Assembly: GCF_001997385.1 (NCBI RefSeq)
Contig: NZ_CP019633.1
Location: 1,380,001 to 1,412,000 of the forward strand
Origin: Sedimentisphaera cyanobacteriorum
GTDB taxonomy: Bacteria > Planctomycetota > Phycisphaerae > Sedimentisphaerales > Sedimentisphaeraceae
Direction of reading: 5' to 3'
DNA: 32,000 nucleotides
Under the pieces are notes generated by a model that made no database searches, was not told the origin of the DNA, and worked only from the letters and a program-made list of their open reading frames with translations. The position numbers and the translations under genes are program-made. Shown here piece after piece: positions 31,684-32,000 of this stretch. Numbering within the stretch: position 1 is the stretch's first letter; the number at the start of each line of letters is the position of its first letter.

Positions 31684-32000
31684 ATGATTGGAGAGTTGGA
31701 TAACTTTTGGAAGAAACTAAGATACTTTTCACTGCGCCACGTAAACCTCTTTCTATCCTCATTTATACTAAACTCAGACAAAAGGAAAAAGTTTCGTGAA
31801 AATGCAGATTCGCGTTTAATTGAGCATTTCAGGAAAGACATAGATAAATTCATCTCTCTTTATCCAGCAGCTTACTGCGATGAGGAAACTCTAAGAGAGA
31901 TATTGCATTCGAAAAAAAGCGTATGCAGATTTGGCGACGGCGAATTCAAGCTGATAGTTGGAGAAAGGCACAAATCTTTTCAGGATGTAAACAGTGAGCT
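31684..32000 (+). CDS. 5' portion of a GT-D type (DUF1792-like) glycosyltransferase; continues past the window
   Basis: ATG 31684 lies 2 nt after the upstream stop, and the frame is open to the window end. It reads MIGELDNFWKK...SKKSVCRFGDGEFKLIVGE..., containing the RFGDGE motif characteristic of DUF1792/GT-D proteins. Confidence 0.6.
   Translation, partial: MIGELDNFWKKLRYFSLRHVNLFLSSFILNSDKRKKFRENADSRLIEHFRKDIDKFISLYPAAYCDEETLREILHSKKSVCRFGDGEFKLIVGERHKSFQDVNSE

Overview
This is a chromosomal window of mid-range GC content. Its gene content reads like a PVC-superphylum bacterium, Planctomycetota/Phycisphaerae-like. That placement is inferred only from a DUF1559-type pseudopilin, PEP-CTERM tails and LamG/dockerin surface proteins. 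Contents from left to right: (1) the 3' end of an unassigned gene. (2) A 1554-codon hybrid sensor kinase with HAMP, six PAS-like modules, HisKA/HATPase, REC and a His-less helical tail. (3) tRNA-Leu(UAA) on the minus strand, with a near-consensus promoter and its own terminator. (4) About 900 bp of non-coding DNA holding an orphan terminator, GC-rich hairpins and short repeat families. (5) A PEP-CTERM repeat protein and a small dockerin protein. (6) A minus-strand opuA-type glycine-betaine ABC operon (CBS-ATPase, permease, two paralogous lipoprotein binding proteins) with an outer-membrane beta-barrel gene between the two binding-protein genes. (7) The most unusual part, a minus-strand locus headed by a prepilin-type DUF1559 protein. 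It is followed by four paralogous secreted proteins that share a ~250-aa N-terminal LamG module. Their C-termini differ: a PEP-CTERM tail, Cys-framed dockerin-like tags, or a GH32 fructan hydrolase carrying Glu where the canonical Asp nucleophile sits. (8) An envelope-glycan cluster (LpxL-like acyltransferase, PglC-like phosphoglycosyltransferase, three GT4, a CgeB-like protein, GT-D/DUF1792) interrupted by an intact IS5-family element inserted at the start codon of one GT4 gene. I saw no rRNA, CRISPR array or recognisable defence genes. All calls come from reading the sequence and the ORF translations by eye. No searches were run.
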